Assembly (NCBI GenBank): GCA_041750285.1
Contig: JBGSZS010000004.1
Span: 192,001 to 256,000, forward strand
From: Candidatus Fermentibacteraceae bacterium
GTDB lineage: Bacteria > Fermentibacterota > Fermentibacteria > Fermentibacterales > JCC-6
Reading direction: 5' to 3'
DNA length: 64,000 nucleotides
Part shown: one piece after another, positions 23,225-33,609 of the stretch
How positions within the stretch are numbered: the first letter of the stretch is position 1
Layout of the letters: each line of letters begins with the position of its first letter
The notes under the pieces: generated by a model
What the model saw: the letters and a program-made list of their open reading frames with translations, nothing else
Told to the model about the DNA's origin: nothing
The model's database searches: none
Translations under genes and position numbers: made by a program

Positions 23225-25632
23225 CTCTTCACGCCTTCCGGAATTCGTGCTTCCTCGGTGCGAAGGACAAGGGACTCGCCGCCGCAGGAAACCGTGACAA
23301 ATGCGCCGGGGAAGATGTCACCCCTTACCAGGGCGTCGGTGAGGGGGTCTTCGAGGTATTGCTGTATCGTTCGCTGGAGGTGCCTCACCCCGGCGTCGGG
23401 GCTGCAGCCCTTCCGGGCGAGGAAATCGGTCGCGGAATCGTCGACGGAGATCGAAACCCTGAGAGCCGAAAGCCTCGACCTGACGCCGCTGAGCTGAAGG
23501 TCGACGATGTCCCGCACGTGGGAAAGCTCGAGGTGGTTGAACACCACCACCTCATCCAGCCTGTTTATGAACTCGGGGGGGAAGATGCGCTTCGCATCCT
23601 CCACCGTGGAGAGTTCTGAAGCGCCGGAAGGAGAGAACCCGACCCTGGGCGAGGATGAGCCCTTCACGTTGCCGGTCATGATGATGATGGTGTTCCGGAA
23701 ATCGATCCGGCGGCCGATGTTGTCCGTCATGGTCCCGTAGTCCATGACCTGAAGCAGCATGTTGAACATGTCTGAGTGGGCCTTTTCCATCTCGTCGAGC
23801 AGGACCACCGAATAGGGGCGTCTGCGCACCTTTTCGGTGAGCTGGCCGCCGTCGTCGTAACCCACATACCCGGGAGGGGCGCCCACGAGCCTCGATCCCG
23901 AAAAACTCTCCTGGTATTCGCTCATGTCGATGCGGATCAGGGAGAGGCTGTCGCCGAAGATCAACTCGGCGAGCGCGGCGGCCGTTGCGGTCTTGCCCAC
24001 ACCCGAGGGCCCGAGGAAAAGGAAGCAGCCGGCAGGCCGGTCAGGCGGACGGAGCCCGACCTGGCTCCTCCGGATTGCCCGTGCAATGACGCCGATGGCA
24101 GGCTCCTGACCCACTATCCTGGATGAGAGCCTTTTTTCGAGGTCTGCGAGCCTTGCCAGGTCGTTCTCGCCCATTCTGCTTATCGGGATGCCCGTCATGG
24201 AAGAGACCACGGCGGCCACGTCGTCGGGTGTGATCGTGACCGGGGCGAGGGTCTCGATCCATCGTTTCCTGTCAGCTTCGATGGCTTCGGACAAGCGCTG
24301 TATCTCGCTCTTCAGATTGTTGACCTGGATGAGATTGCGTTTTTCTATCTCGGTCTCGAGCTGCGACTCGAGTGAAGACAGGGTCCTGTGCATCGAAAGA
24401 AGGCTCTCGGGCGACCTGGAGCTGTCGGAGTTGGCCCGGGCCCCGCTCTCGTCGAGTACGTCGATGGCTTTGTCGGGCAGGAAACGTCCGCTTATGTAGC
24501 GGTCCGCGAGAACGGCACAGCTCCTCACCGCTTCGGGCGTGTAGATCGAGTTGTGGTGCCTTGCGTACCTGGGTTCGAGGCCTTCGAGTATCCTCACGGT
24601 GAGATCGACGCTTGGGGGATCGACCGGAATCGGTTGAAAGCGCCTCTCGAGGGCGCCGTCCTTCTCGATGCGCCTTCTGTACTCATCGAGCGTCGTGGCG
24701 CCTATGCACTGGATCTCCCCCCTGGCAAGCGATGGCTTCAGGAGGTTGGCCGCGTCCATTGCGCCCTCGGCTCCGCCGGCCCCCACTATCGTATGGATCT
24801 CGTCGATGAAGAGTATCACGTTGCCCGATTCGAGTATCTCCTTGAGAAGGATCTTCAGCCTCTCCTCGAATTGGCCGCGGTACTTGGTGCCTGCGATCAC
24901 CCCCGCCATGTCCAGTGCGAGTATCCTCTTGCCGTGGAGCATCATGGGAACCGAAGCCTCGGTGACGCGCCTTGCCAGCCCCTCCACGATGGCGGTCTTG
25001 CCGACTCCGGGTTCGCCGATGAGTACGGGGTTGGACTTCTTCCTTCTGCAGAGGACCCTTATCAGCCTGTTGATCTCCTGATCGCGGCCGATCACGGGGT
25101 CGAGAAGACCCTTTCTGGCCATTGCCGTCAGGTCACGGCAGAAGTACTCCATGGCGGAAACCGGCTTTTCCTGCGGAGATTCGCCTTTGGCGCTTCCGGG
25201 AAGCGACCGGATGATGCGGTCGGCCTTCTCGTAGGTCACCCCGGCTTCCCACAGGATCTCCCCCGCCACGGTCGTCTCGACTGAAGTGACCGCAAGCAGC
25301 AGGTGCTCGGTGCCGACGGTGGGTGAGTCGAGGCTCTGGGCGAGCCTTCCGGCCTCCTGCAGGATGCGCCTTGCCCTTTCGGTCCACTCCAGCTCGTGCC
25401 GGTCCACAGGGACAGGAAGCCTGCCCCCCCTGATGCGGTTCTGCACCCTGAGCCTGAGTTCGGCGGTGTTCACGCCGAGACGGGTTAGAACCATTGACGC
25501 AGTGGAACCGTCGACCGTGAGTATTCCGTAGAGAATGTGTTCGGATGTGACGCTGGGCCGGCCGGAACGGCCGGCCTCGAGCCTTGCTTCATTGAGTGCG
25601 GCCCTGGCTCTTTCGCTGAACCTCTCCCGCAA
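23221..25632 (-). CDS. clpC: ATP-dependent Clp protease ATPase subunit ClpC
   Basis: Clp N-domain repeats (EHIL/EHLL), GEPGVGKT and GPSGVGKT Walker A motifs, [20 protein letters not shown]. Confidence 0.93.
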   Translation of the reverse strand: MRERFSERARAALNEARLEAGRSGRPSVTSEHILYGILTVDGSTASMVLTRLGVNTAELRLRVQNRIRGGRLPVPVDRHELEWTERARRILQEAGRLAQSLDSPTVGTEHLLLAVTSVETTVAGEILWEAGVTYEKADRIIRSLPGSAKGESPQEKPVSAMEYFCRDLTAMARKGLLDPVIGRDQEINRLIRVLCRRKKSNPVLIGEPGVGKTAIVEGLARRVTEASVPMMLHGKRILALDMAGVIAGTKYRGQFEERLKILLKEILESGNVILFIDEIHTIVGAGGAEGAMDAANLLKPSLARGEIQCIGATTLDEYRRRIEKDGALERRFQPIPVDPPSVDLTVRILEGLEPRYARHHNSIYTPEAVRSCAVLADRYISGRFLPDKAIDVLDESGARANSDSSRSPESLLSMHRTLSSLESQLETEIEKRNLIQVNNLKSEIQRLSEAIEADRKRWIETLAPVTITPDDVAAVVSSMTGIPISRMGENDLARLADLEKRLSSRIVGQEPAIGVIARAIRRSQVGLRPPDRPAGCFLFLGPSGVGKTATAAALAELIFGDSLSLIRIDMSEYQESFSGSRLVGAPPGYVGYDDGGQLTEKVRRRPYSVVLLDEMEKAHSDMFNMLLQVMDYGTMTDNIGRRIDFRNTIIIMTGNVKGSSSPRVGFSPSGASELSTVEDAKRIFPPEFINRLDEVVVFNHLELSHVRDIVDLQLSGVRSRLSALRVSISVDDSATDFLARKGCSPDAGVRHLQRTIQQYLEDPLTDALVRGDIFPGAFVTVSCGGESLVLRTEEARIPEGVKS

Positions 25633-25709
25633 TTTCTCCCCTTTCGTGGAACCCGTTTCCCGGGTTTACCAGCGAGTAAATATAAGGTTCCCGCCGGGTT
25701 TCACCAGCT

Positions 25710-26396
25710 TCAACCCTCCCGGAGAACGCCCCTGTCCAGAATCAGGAGCCTGTCGCACCTCTGGGCCAGCTCGCGGCTGTGGGTTGCGATGAGGAAAGCC
25801 TGGTTCCTTCCGTGCGCAAGGTCGAGCATCAGGTTCTCCACCACAGCAGTGGCCTCGTCGTCGAGGTTTCCGGTGGGCTCATCGGCAAGGACCACCGCGG
25901 GTTCCATCGCCAGGGCCCTGGCAAGGGCGGCCCGCTGTCTCTCTCCGCCGGATACCTCGGAGGGGAAGTGGTTCCCCCTTGCCCCGATGCCCACTTCACG
26001 GAGAAGCCCGCCCGCAATGTCCATGGAGCGGCTCCGGGACTTGCCCGAGATCATGCAGGGCATCGCCACGTTCTCATGGATCGTGAACTCCTCGAGCAGA
26101 TGATGGAACTGAAAGACGAATCCCAGGTTCTGGTTCCTCATCCGCGAACGCTTCGCCTCGCCCGCCTTCCAGGGGTCACGGCCGTCGATGAGCACCGTTC
26201 CGCTGCTGGGCCTTGCCAAAAGGCCCAGCACATGGAGAAGCGTGCTCTTGCCGGAACCGCTTGGGCCCATGACTGCCGTCAGCCCTCCCGGGAAGAGATC
26301 GATGGACGCACCCCTCAGAACGTGGAGCGTGTCGGCGCCACGGCCGTAGGTGAAGTGTATGTCGCGCCCTGAAAGGACGGGTCCGGCTTCACTCAT
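25710..26396 (-). CDS. lolD: Lipoprotein-releasing ABC transporter ATPase LolD
   Basis: GPSGSGKST, GFVFQFHHLL, SGGERQR, ADEPTGNLD; ATG 26396 overlaps the upstream permease. Confidence 0.9.
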   Translation of the reverse strand: MSEAGPVLSGRDIHFTYGRGADTLHVLRGASIDLFPGGLTAVMGPSGSGKSTLLHVLGLLARPSSGTVLIDGRDPWKAGEAKRSRMRNQNLGFVFQFHHLLEEFTIHENVAMPCMISGKSRSRSMDIAGGLLREVGIGARGNHFPSEVSGGERQRAALARALAMEPAVVLADEPTGNLDDEATAVVENLMLDLAHGRNQAFLIATHSRELAQRCDRLLILDRGVLREG

Positions 26397-27591
26397 ACCG
26401 CAATGCCTCCGATGGTGAGTCGGACAGGGCGGAAAGAGCGGGTGCCACCGAAACCACAAGGCACACAAGCAGCGTGATCATGGACGCTGCGAGGGCGGTC
26501 TGTGTGGAAAAGCTTCCCGTGAGGGTTTCGACCCAGTAAACGCTGGAATCGAGCCTGATGGGAAAGAAGCCGTTGACGACCCGCACCGCCGCCCACGCCG
26601 TCAGGACACCGGCAGCGACACCGGCGGCTCCGATGGAGAGCCCCCTGGTGATGCTGGTGATGAAAACCATGCGTGGCGTGGCGCCCATGGCCCGAAGCAC
26701 GCCCATGTCCCACCGGTGCTCGAGCGCGATCATGGTCAGCGCACTGGAGAGGTTTAGAAGCGCCACGACCGTGATGAGTGCCAGAACGATGGTCATGGCG
26801 AGAGTCTCGAGCCCGAGAGCCTGAAAGAGGTTGGTGTGGAAGGACATGAATGGTACCGCCGTCATGTAGGCGGGCCACCCGCCCTCCACGTACCTTTCCC
26901 GAAGAAGGGAGTCGAGTGTCAAGGAAACGGCTACCGGGTCGGTTTCCGGAGTGACCCCCACTCCCATTGAACTGATTCCCGTCGCGTCGCCGAAAAGACT
27001 TCGCGCACTTCCCAGCGATGTGGACACAAGGGACCGGTTGTACTCGTCTATTCCGAAGTCAGTCACACCGATGACCACCACCGGCATGATGGTGTCGACA
27101 AGGACCCTTCCCATTCCGCTGATGCTTACGTTCGCAGTGGAAGCAAGCCTGACCGTATCGCCAGGGGTTATCCCGAGGGATTGGGCGAGGCGCCTCCCGA
27201 GAACAGCGCCTTCGCTGCTTCCTGACATGCCCCTGACCATGACCCCGGCAACCGTACCCACGGCTCCCGAAGCAACGGCAGGCCTCTCCAGAACTGCTTC
27301 GACCCCGGTCGTTCCGGGTATCGTCCCGGCGAGATCCCGAACGAGCCCGTAGTCGGAAGGGCCCAGACTGCCCCCTCCCGGAGCGAAGACGTGCACCGCG
27401 GGATTGACTGCCTCGAGACTGCTCCTTATCGCCCCGGTGAATCCGTCCATGAAGGACCTGAGGATGATAAGGGCGGCCACTCCTATGGCTATCCCCGCCA
27501 CTGAGAGCACTCCCACGAAACGCACGAAGCCCGAGTGGGACCTGCTCACCACCTGTCTGCCCGAAAGGGAGCCGAGAAGCCAGAGGTTCAT
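26389..27591 (-). CDS. lolE: Lipoprotein-releasing ABC transporter permease LolC/E
   Basis: SVAGIAIGVAALII..SFMDGF, GVLRAMGA, SEALRYE; between lysS and lolD. Confidence 0.85.
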   Translation of the reverse strand: MNLWLLGSLSGRQVVSRSHSGFVRFVGVLSVAGIAIGVAALIILRSFMDGFTGAIRSSLEAVNPAVHVFAPGGGSLGPSDYGLVRDLAGTIPGTTGVEAVLERPAVASGAVGTVAGVMVRGMSGSSEGAVLGRRLAQSLGITPGDTVRLASTANVSISGMGRVLVDTIMPVVVIGVTDFGIDEYNRSLVSTSLGSARSLFGDATGISSMGVGVTPETDPVAVSLTLDSLLRERYVEGGWPAYMTAVPFMSFHTNLFQALGLETLAMTIVLALITVVALLNLSSALTMIALEHRWDMGVLRAMGATPRMVFITSITRGLSIGAAGVAAGVLTAWAAVRVVNGFFPIRLDSSVYWVETLTGSFSTQTALAASMITLLVCLVVSVAPALSALSDSPSEALRYE

Positions 27592-29060
27592 TTTTCCCTT
27601 CTGAGGTGTGGAAACAGGATGGTGTCACGGATGGAACCGGCATCGGTCAGTATCATCACGAGACGGTCGACGCCCACGCCAAGCCCGCCCGCGGGGGGCA
27701 TGCCGACCTCGAGGGCGTACAGGAACTCCTCATCCACCGCGCCCTCGCGGTGACCGCTCAAAGCTGCCTGTTCCAGAAGGATCCGGCGCTGGAGAAGCGG
27801 ATCGTTCTGCTCGCTGAACGCATTGGCGAGTTCGATCCCCGCAATGAAGGCCTCGAACCGCTCGGTAAGCCTGGGGTCGTCGGGCTTTCCCTTTGCCAGG
27901 GGGGAGAGCTCGACCGGATAGTCGATGACGAAGGTGGGCTGAACAAGGGTGGGCGTCACGAAATGGTCGAACAGCTTGTCGAGCAGGTCGGCGCGGTCCA
28001 CCCCCCCGGTGGCTATGCCCAGCCGTCCCGCAAAGCGCGCAAGACCGGCGTGGTCCATTTCGAACAGGGCCTCACCGCTGTGTTGGTGCAGCGCAGAGAC
28101 GAAGGGAACCCGCGCAAACGGCGTGGACAGGTCGATGGAGAGCCCCTGGAAAGTGATCTCCCCGCCCTTTCCCAGGGCGCCCGCCGCAGCGGCAACAAGC
28201 TCCTCGAAACGCCGCATCATCCCCTCGTAGTCGGTCCAGGCCTCGTACAGCTCGAGCTGGGTGAACTCGGGGCTGTGGGTTCTGTCCACACCCTCGTTCC
28301 GGAAGTCCTTCCCGATCTCGTAAACCTTGTGAAATCCGCCTACCATGAGCCTTTTCAGGTACAGCTCGGTGGCTATGCGGAGGAAGCACTGCTGGTCGAG
28401 GAAGTTGTAGGTCGTGATGAATGGCTCGGCGTTGGCGCCCCCGTAAAGCTGCTGGAGGACCGGGGTCTCCACCTCGATGAACCCGTTTTGATCGAGGTGA
28501 TCCCTCATGGCCTTGATCATCCGGCTTCTCGAAACGAACCTCTCCCTGCTGCCCGGGTTCAAAAGGAGATCGATGCAACGGTGCCTGTAAAGAAGGTCTG
28601 GGTCGCTCACAGCGTCGTGGACCTCGCCCCCCGAGTCCACCTTCACCACGGGCAGCGGACGCACGGCCTTGACCAGGACCTTCATTCCCGTGACCTTCAC
28701 CGTCAGCTCGCCCATCCTGGTGACAAAAAGGGTTCCGGCAACCCATATGATGTCGCCGAGATCGGTGTGCGAAAGGATTTCCCAGGTTTCCGGCGGAAGC
28801 TCCCTGCTGTTGAAGTAGAGCTGGATTCTCGCCGAGGGATCGGAGATGTCCATGAAGATGGTCCTGCCGTGTTCCCTGCGGGCCCTTATCCTGCCGGTGG
28901 TCTGCACCGCGTCGCAGGTTTCAGGGTTCATCTCCCTCACTTCGGCAATGGGTACCCTCCCGGGCGTCCGGGGTGGGTACGGATCGACCCCCGAAGCCCT
29001 CAGGTCGGAGAGCTTCGAGAGCCGTCCCTCGATTATCGGATTGGTGTATAGCGTCATCAC
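27588..29060 (-). CDS. lysS: Lysine--tRNA ligase (class II)
   Basis: FIEVETP, YGGANAEPF, LRIATELYLKRL, FRNEG, HSPEFT, GMPPAGGLGVGVDRL. GTG 29060 or ATG 29057. Confidence 0.97.
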   Translation of the reverse strand: MMTLYTNPIIEGRLSKLSDLRASGVDPYPPRTPGRVPIAEVREMNPETCDAVQTTGRIRARREHGRTIFMDISDPSARIQLYFNSRELPPETWEILSHTDLGDIIWVAGTLFVTRMGELTVKVTGMKVLVKAVRPLPVVKVDSGGEVHDAVSDPDLLYRHRCIDLLLNPGSRERFVSRSRMIKAMRDHLDQNGFIEVETPVLQQLYGGANAEPFITTYNFLDQQCFLRIATELYLKRLMVGGFHKVYEIGKDFRNEGVDRTHSPEFTQLELYEAWTDYEGMMRRFEELVAAAAGALGKGGEITFQGLSIDLSTPFARVPFVSALHQHSGEALFEMDHAGLARFAGRLGIATGGVDRADLLDKLFDHFVTPTLVQPTFVIDYPVELSPLAKGKPDDPRLTERFEAFIAGIELANAFSEQNDPLLQRRILLEQAALSGHREGAVDEEFLYALEVGMPPAGGLGVGVDRLVMILTDAGSIRDTILFPHLRREK

Positions 29061-30161
29061 TGCCCGCCGTTCTCTCTCAGGAACGCCTCGATGAATTCCT
29101 GTATGTCACCCGCTAGGAAACCCTCGACATTGGAGGTTTCCATTCCGGTTCTGTGGTCTTTCACCATCTGATAGGGATGCAGCACGTAACTCCTGATCTG
29201 GTTGCCCCAGGAAACGTCCTGTTTTATCCCCTCCAGCTTTTCCCGCTCCTTGCGGCGCTTCTCCTCCTCAAGTTCGAAGATCCGCGCCCTGAGTATGCGC
29301 CAGGCCAGCTCCCTGTTGCGGTGCTGGCTCCTCTCGTTCTGACACGAGACGGCTATGCCGGTCGGTATGTGAGTGAGCCGTATGGCGCTCGAGGTTTTGT
29401 TCACGTGCTGCCCCCCGGCACCGCTGGCCCGGAAGACGTCGGTCCTGACGTCCTCTTCGTCGATCTCCACACTCACCGAATCCTCGAGGTCGGGCAGGGG
29501 AAGAACACTTGCGAAGCTGGTGTGCCTTCTGTTGTTCTGATCGAAGGGGCTGCGGCGGACCAGCCTGTGAATGCCCCTCTCCGCGTTGAGGTAGCCGAAG
29601 GCGTAGGCGCCCCTGATGGAGACAACCCCCTCCCTGATGCCGCCCTCCTCACCTTCGGAGGTGCTCAGTATCTCGACTTCGAAGCCCTGCCTCTCCGCCC
29701 AGTAAACGTACATTCGCAGCAGCATCTCGGCCCAGTCCTGGCTGTCCACCCCGCCCGCTCCGCTCCGGATCGTGAGGATGGTGTCGCACTGGTCGTGGGG
29801 ACCGCTCAGCATCTGCCTGAACTCGAGGCTGTTCAGCGTCTTCTGAAGCCACTCCAGAGCCCTTTCCGCGTCGGCCTGCATGCCGGTGTCGCTTTCGGCT
29901 TCGAGGAGTTCGAGGGCGGTGGAGCCGTCTTCGAGCCTGCGGGTCATCTCGCCCAGGGGAGCCGTCCAGTTCTGAATGTGCCTCAGTTTGGAGATGGTTT
30001 CAAGGGCGGTGTTGCGATCCTCCCAGAAATCCGACGCTGCCATGAGACCATTGATCGTTTCCTCGGATTTCAGCAATCCGGGGTAGTCAAAGACGCTCCT
30101 TGAGGAGTTGAAGCCTTTTCCCGGTTTCGCGGAAACCAGCGGCAAGTTCTTCGGTTGTCAT
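29057..30161 (-). CDS. prfB: Peptide chain release factor 2, expressed by programmed +1 frameshift (join 30161-30090, 30088-29057)
   Basis: GGAGG SD and ATG 30161 give MTTEELAAGFRETGKRLQLLKERL, then CTT-TGA-C with internal SD AGGAG. The +1 frame holds the SPF and GGQ motifs. Confidence 0.97.
30086..30100 (-). promoter_or_regulatory. prfB +1 ribosomal frameshift signal
   Basis: AGGAG-CGT-CTT-TGA-C on the minus strand, the canonical RF2 autoregulatory site. Confidence 0.95.
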
Positions 30162-30242
30162 GCGAAAACCTCCGTAAACAGTTCATCAACCCGTACAATA
30201 TACTCCATCGTGCCGCGGGATGACTCATCGCATATTCCCCCC

Positions 30243-31502
30243 ATGTTGGACCATCCACTGCAGTTCCTTCCGATGTTCAGAGACACCGTCGGCGCCCATC
30301 CCGTTTTCGGCCTCGGGATTCTTCTTGCGGGAAGCTGGTTACTCGGCAGGATGGCCGAACGATTCGGGGTGCCGTCGGTCACGGGGTTCATCATCGCCGG
30401 AATGCTCCTTGGACCAGGGGTTTCGGGCATGGTTCGCAGCGACCTTTACATGAAGACGCAAACCGTGACCCAGATCGCGGTCTCGATGATCGCGGTGGTG
30501 ATAGGCAGCGAGTTCAATCTGGCCCGGATGGGCAGGATACGCCGGGCCATGGCCATCATTACGGTGATGCAGCTCGGCGTGACGTTCCTTCTCGTTTCGC
30601 TCGCCCTGCTCGCAACCGGTCTGATGCCGCTTCCGGTGGCCCTGCTGCTCGGAGCCATCGCCACATCCACCTCGCCGGCATCAACGGTTGCGATCGCACG
30701 CGACCTGAAGGCCGGGGGATCCTTCATCGATCACCTTTACGGCGCCATTCCCCTCGACGATGCGGGCTGTCTGTTCCTGTTCGCGATCGTGGCTGCCTTT
30801 TCCGGGGGGTTCCTGATGCCGGTGGACTCATCGGTTCCCCAGTCCGTCCTGTTCTTCCTGAGAGAGGCCGCAGGCTCGCTGGTTCTCGGCCTGGCTACCG
30901 GCGCGGCGATCAGAAGGAGCACGGCGGCGGCCGAGGGATCGAATTCGGTCTACATCGTCAGCCTTGGCCTGATCTGCCTGATGACGGCGTTTGCCTCATC
31001 CTTCGAGCTTTCGCCACTTCTTTCCGGAATGGCGGCGGGCGCTGTGATAGCAAACAGCCCCGGAAAGGGCAGGAACGTCATCGACTCGCTGGACAGGCTG
31101 TCGCCCCCGCTTTACGCAGTTTTCTTCGCCATCGCCGGAAGTGAGCTGGACTTCGCCGTTTTCGGGCAGGGATCGGTGCTCCTGCTGGGAATCACCTACA
31201 TACTTGCCCGGGCCGCGGGCAAGTACGGCGGCGTGTGGCTTGGGGGTGCGCTTTCAGGAAGCGGGCGCGGCGTGCGAAACTATCTGGGGCTCGCCATGAT
31301 GCCCCACTCCGGAGTGACCATCGGCCTGCTGCTCTACATACAGGCCCAGGCGATCCATCCCGGGGCGGCAGACTTCCCGCCGGTCATGGTGAACATCGTT
31401 CTCATGGCGGTTTTCGTGAATGAGCTGGCAGGGCCGCTTCTTACAAGGTTCGCCATTCTGAGGGCCTCGAAGCCAGCCCGGGCCGGGTGGGCCGGTAAGT
31501 GA
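30243..31502 (+). CDS. Cation:proton antiporter (CPA2/NapA-like), copy 1
   Basis: VPSVTGFIIAGMLLGP, ATSTSPAST, LDDA, FFAIAG, RAAGKY. Start fixed by collinearity with the paralog N-terminus. Confidence 0.88.
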   Translation: MLDHPLQFLPMFRDTVGAHPVFGLGILLAGSWLLGRMAERFGVPSVTGFIIAGMLLGPGVSGMVRSDLYMKTQTVTQIAVSMIAVVIGSEFNLARMGRIRRAMAIITVMQLGVTFLLVSLALLATGLMPLPVALLLGAIATSTSPASTVAIARDLKAGGSFIDHLYGAIPLDDAGCLFLFAIVAAFSGGFLMPVDSSVPQSVLFFLREAAGSLVLGLATGAAIRRSTAAAEGSNSVYIVSLGLICLMTAFASSFELSPLLSGMAAGAVIANSPGKGRNVIDSLDRLSPPLYAVFFAIAGSELDFAVFGQGSVLLLGITYILARAAGKYGGVWLGGALSGSGRGVRNYLGLAMMPHSGVTIGLLLYIQAQAIHPGAADFPPVMVNIVLMAVFVNELAGPLLTRFAILRASKPARAGWAGK

Positions 31503-31524
31503 TACAGAGCTGTATATTACCCCA

Positions 31525-32757
31525 ATGCTTGTCAACATTGCATCAGCGATCGTGACCTTCAGGGACACGGTCAGCGCACATCCTGTATTCGGGATAGGCA
31601 TCCTTCTGGTGGGAAGCTGGTTTCTGGGAAGGCTCGCGGCGGCGCTGCGGCTTCCTTCCATAACCGGCTTCATCATCGCCGGCATGCTCCTCGGCCCCTG
31701 GGTGCTGGGTCTTGTCCACTCCGACCTTCACGATGAGCTGGGCATAATCACCGAAACTGCCCTGGCGGTGATAGCGCTGGTCATAGGCAGCGAGTTCAGC
31801 GCAGCCAAGCTGAAGCGAACAGGCAGACCGGTCATCATTATTACGACCGTTCAGCTGCTGCTGACCTTCCTTGCGGTCACCCTGACCCTTTACCTTACCG
31901 GGCTTGCCGGGCTTTCACTTGCGGCGGTTCTCGGCGCGATAGCCACCGCCACCGCTCCCGCCGCAACCGTGGCAATTGTCAGGGAACTGAAGGCCAGGGG
32001 ACCCTTCATCGACCACCTCTACGGAATAGTGGCCCTCGATGACGCGGGATGCGTTCTGATATTCTCGCTGGCAATGGCCGTCGCGGGGGGATCCCTCGGG
32101 GGAGGCACGGGCCTGGCCGGCTCCATCATGCACGGCCTTAGAGAAATAGCAGGTTCGCTGCTCCTGGGCGCCGCGACGGGCTGGATACTCAGCCTGACCA
32201 CCGCCAGGAACAGGAGGTCGAACGAGATCTACATCATCAGCCTCGGTCTGCTGTGCATCATGACCGCCCTGGCGACAACCTGCGGTCTTTCGCCCCTGCT
32301 CGCGGGCATGGCGGCCGGAACCGTTCTGGCCAATTCACGGCACGGAAGCTGGAAGGTCGTCGCCTCGCTGGAACAGATCTCCCCTCCCATGTACGCCGCA
32401 TTCTTCGCGATAGCGGGGACCGAACTGAACCTTGGTTCGTTCGGAACGGGAAGCATTCTCCTGATGGGTGTTCTGTTCGTTGCCTCAAGGGCGGTGGGCA
32501 AATACTTCGGAGTGCGTCTGGGCGCGGGACTGGCGGGTTGCGATCCGCTGCTGCGAAAATACCTTGGCTTCGCCATGCTGCCGCAGGCGGGAGTTGCAAT
32601 CGGCCTTGCCCTGTTCGTTCAGTCCTCGCCCATCCTCATCGGTCACGAGCAGCTCAGTTCCATCATAGTAAGCGTCACTCTTCTTTCGGTCTTCGTCAAT
32701 GAACTGCTGGGGCCGCCGATCTCAAGGTTCGCCCTTGTCCGCGGCGCGACCCTCTAG
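31525..32757 (+). CDS. Cation:proton antiporter (CPA2/NapA-like), copy 2
   Basis: LPSITGFIIAGMLLGP, ATATAPAAT, ALDDA, RAVGKY, LPQAGVAIGL, NELLGP. Confidence 0.9.
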   Translation: MLVNIASAIVTFRDTVSAHPVFGIGILLVGSWFLGRLAAALRLPSITGFIIAGMLLGPWVLGLVHSDLHDELGIITETALAVIALVIGSEFSAAKLKRTGRPVIIITTVQLLLTFLAVTLTLYLTGLAGLSLAAVLGAIATATAPAATVAIVRELKARGPFIDHLYGIVALDDAGCVLIFSLAMAVAGGSLGGGTGLAGSIMHGLREIAGSLLLGAATGWILSLTTARNRRSNEIYIISLGLLCIMTALATTCGLSPLLAGMAAGTVLANSRHGSWKVVASLEQISPPMYAAFFAIAGTELNLGSFGTGSILLMGVLFVASRAVGKYFGVRLGAGLAGCDPLLRKYLGFAMLPQAGVAIGLALFVQSSPILIGHEQLSSIIVSVTLLSVFVNELLGPPISRFALVRGATL

Positions 32758-32765
32758 GAGGCACT

Positions 32766-33596
32766 GTGAAACTCAAGGAGATTCTCGACCCCGGAAGCTG
32801 CAGCACCAGCCTTGAGGCCAGGAACAGGGACGATGCCGTAATCCTTATGGCCGGTCTTCTGGCGGCCAACCCGGCGGCCGGGGGTGTCCCTCCCGATGAG
32901 ATCGTCAGGGGTCTTCTGGAGAGGGAGAAACTGGGATCGACCGGTGTGGGCGACGGCGTTGCAATACCGCACTGCAGGATCGATTCAATGAAGGATTTCT
33001 CGCTGGCACTCGCCGTATGCCGCAGGGGTGTCGGCTGGAATTCCATTGACGGGCGAAGCGTTCACATCATCTGCGCAATTGCCGGTCCGGGGGACGCAAC
33101 CGACGAACACCTCAGGATACTCGCGGGTGCGGCCCGTGTTCTCGGCAAGGGCAAGGCCCGTCACGAGATACTCAACAGCGACACGACCTTCGCCATGAGG
33201 GAGGCCTTCCTCTACCACCTCGTCCCCGTTACTTCACGGCTGGAAGAGGGCCGGCGGGACAAGCGGAAGCTTGTGATAATGGTCCTGCAGGAGGAGGAGA
33301 CCTACAACAGGGTCATGGAGCTATTCCTCGAGGGAGGCATCGAGGGCTCGGTGACCATAAACGCAAGCATGATGGGAACGGTTCTCTCCAACGTTCCCCT
33401 TTTCGCCGGTTTCATGGATGTCCTGGGGCGCAGCCGCCCCGAACCCAGGGTCGTGCTTACCCTGCTCGCGGAGGACAGGGTGGACGAAATGGTCTCGGAG
33501 ATCGAGGCCATCACGGGTGATCTGGACACCCATCGCGGAGCATGCATAATCGTTTCGGACCCGTTGATAATACGCGGAAGCCTTGAAACACTCTGA
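32766..33596 (+). CDS. PTS EIIA (Ntr/fructose-type) domain fused to a C-terminal PII-like domain
   Basis: REKLGSTGVGDGVAIPH with the phospho-His; C-terminal ~110 aa has a PII-like pattern (KLVIMVL..GIEGSVTI..VDEMVSEIEAITG..GACIIV); GGAGG SD before GTG. Confidence 0.8.
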   Translation: MKLKEILDPGSCSTSLEARNRDDAVILMAGLLAANPAAGGVPPDEIVRGLLEREKLGSTGVGDGVAIPHCRIDSMKDFSLALAVCRRGVGWNSIDGRSVHIICAIAGPGDATDEHLRILAGAARVLGKGKARHEILNSDTTFAMREAFLYHLVPVTSRLEEGRRDKRKLVIMVLQEEETYNRVMELFLEGGIEGSVTINASMMGTVLSNVPLFAGFMDVLGRSRPEPRVVLTLLAEDRVDEMVSEIEAITGDLDTHRGACIIVSDPLIIRGSLETL

Positions 33597-33609
33597 AAGG
33601 ACACCTGTC

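Noticed and set aside
27606..29051. 481-aa plus-strand ORF
   Set aside because: Antisense mirror of lysS.
30090..30145. ORF-track N-terminus of prfB (MPLVSAK...) and the idea that prfB is a pseudogene
   Set aside because: Explained by the canonical programmed frameshift from the ATG at 30161.
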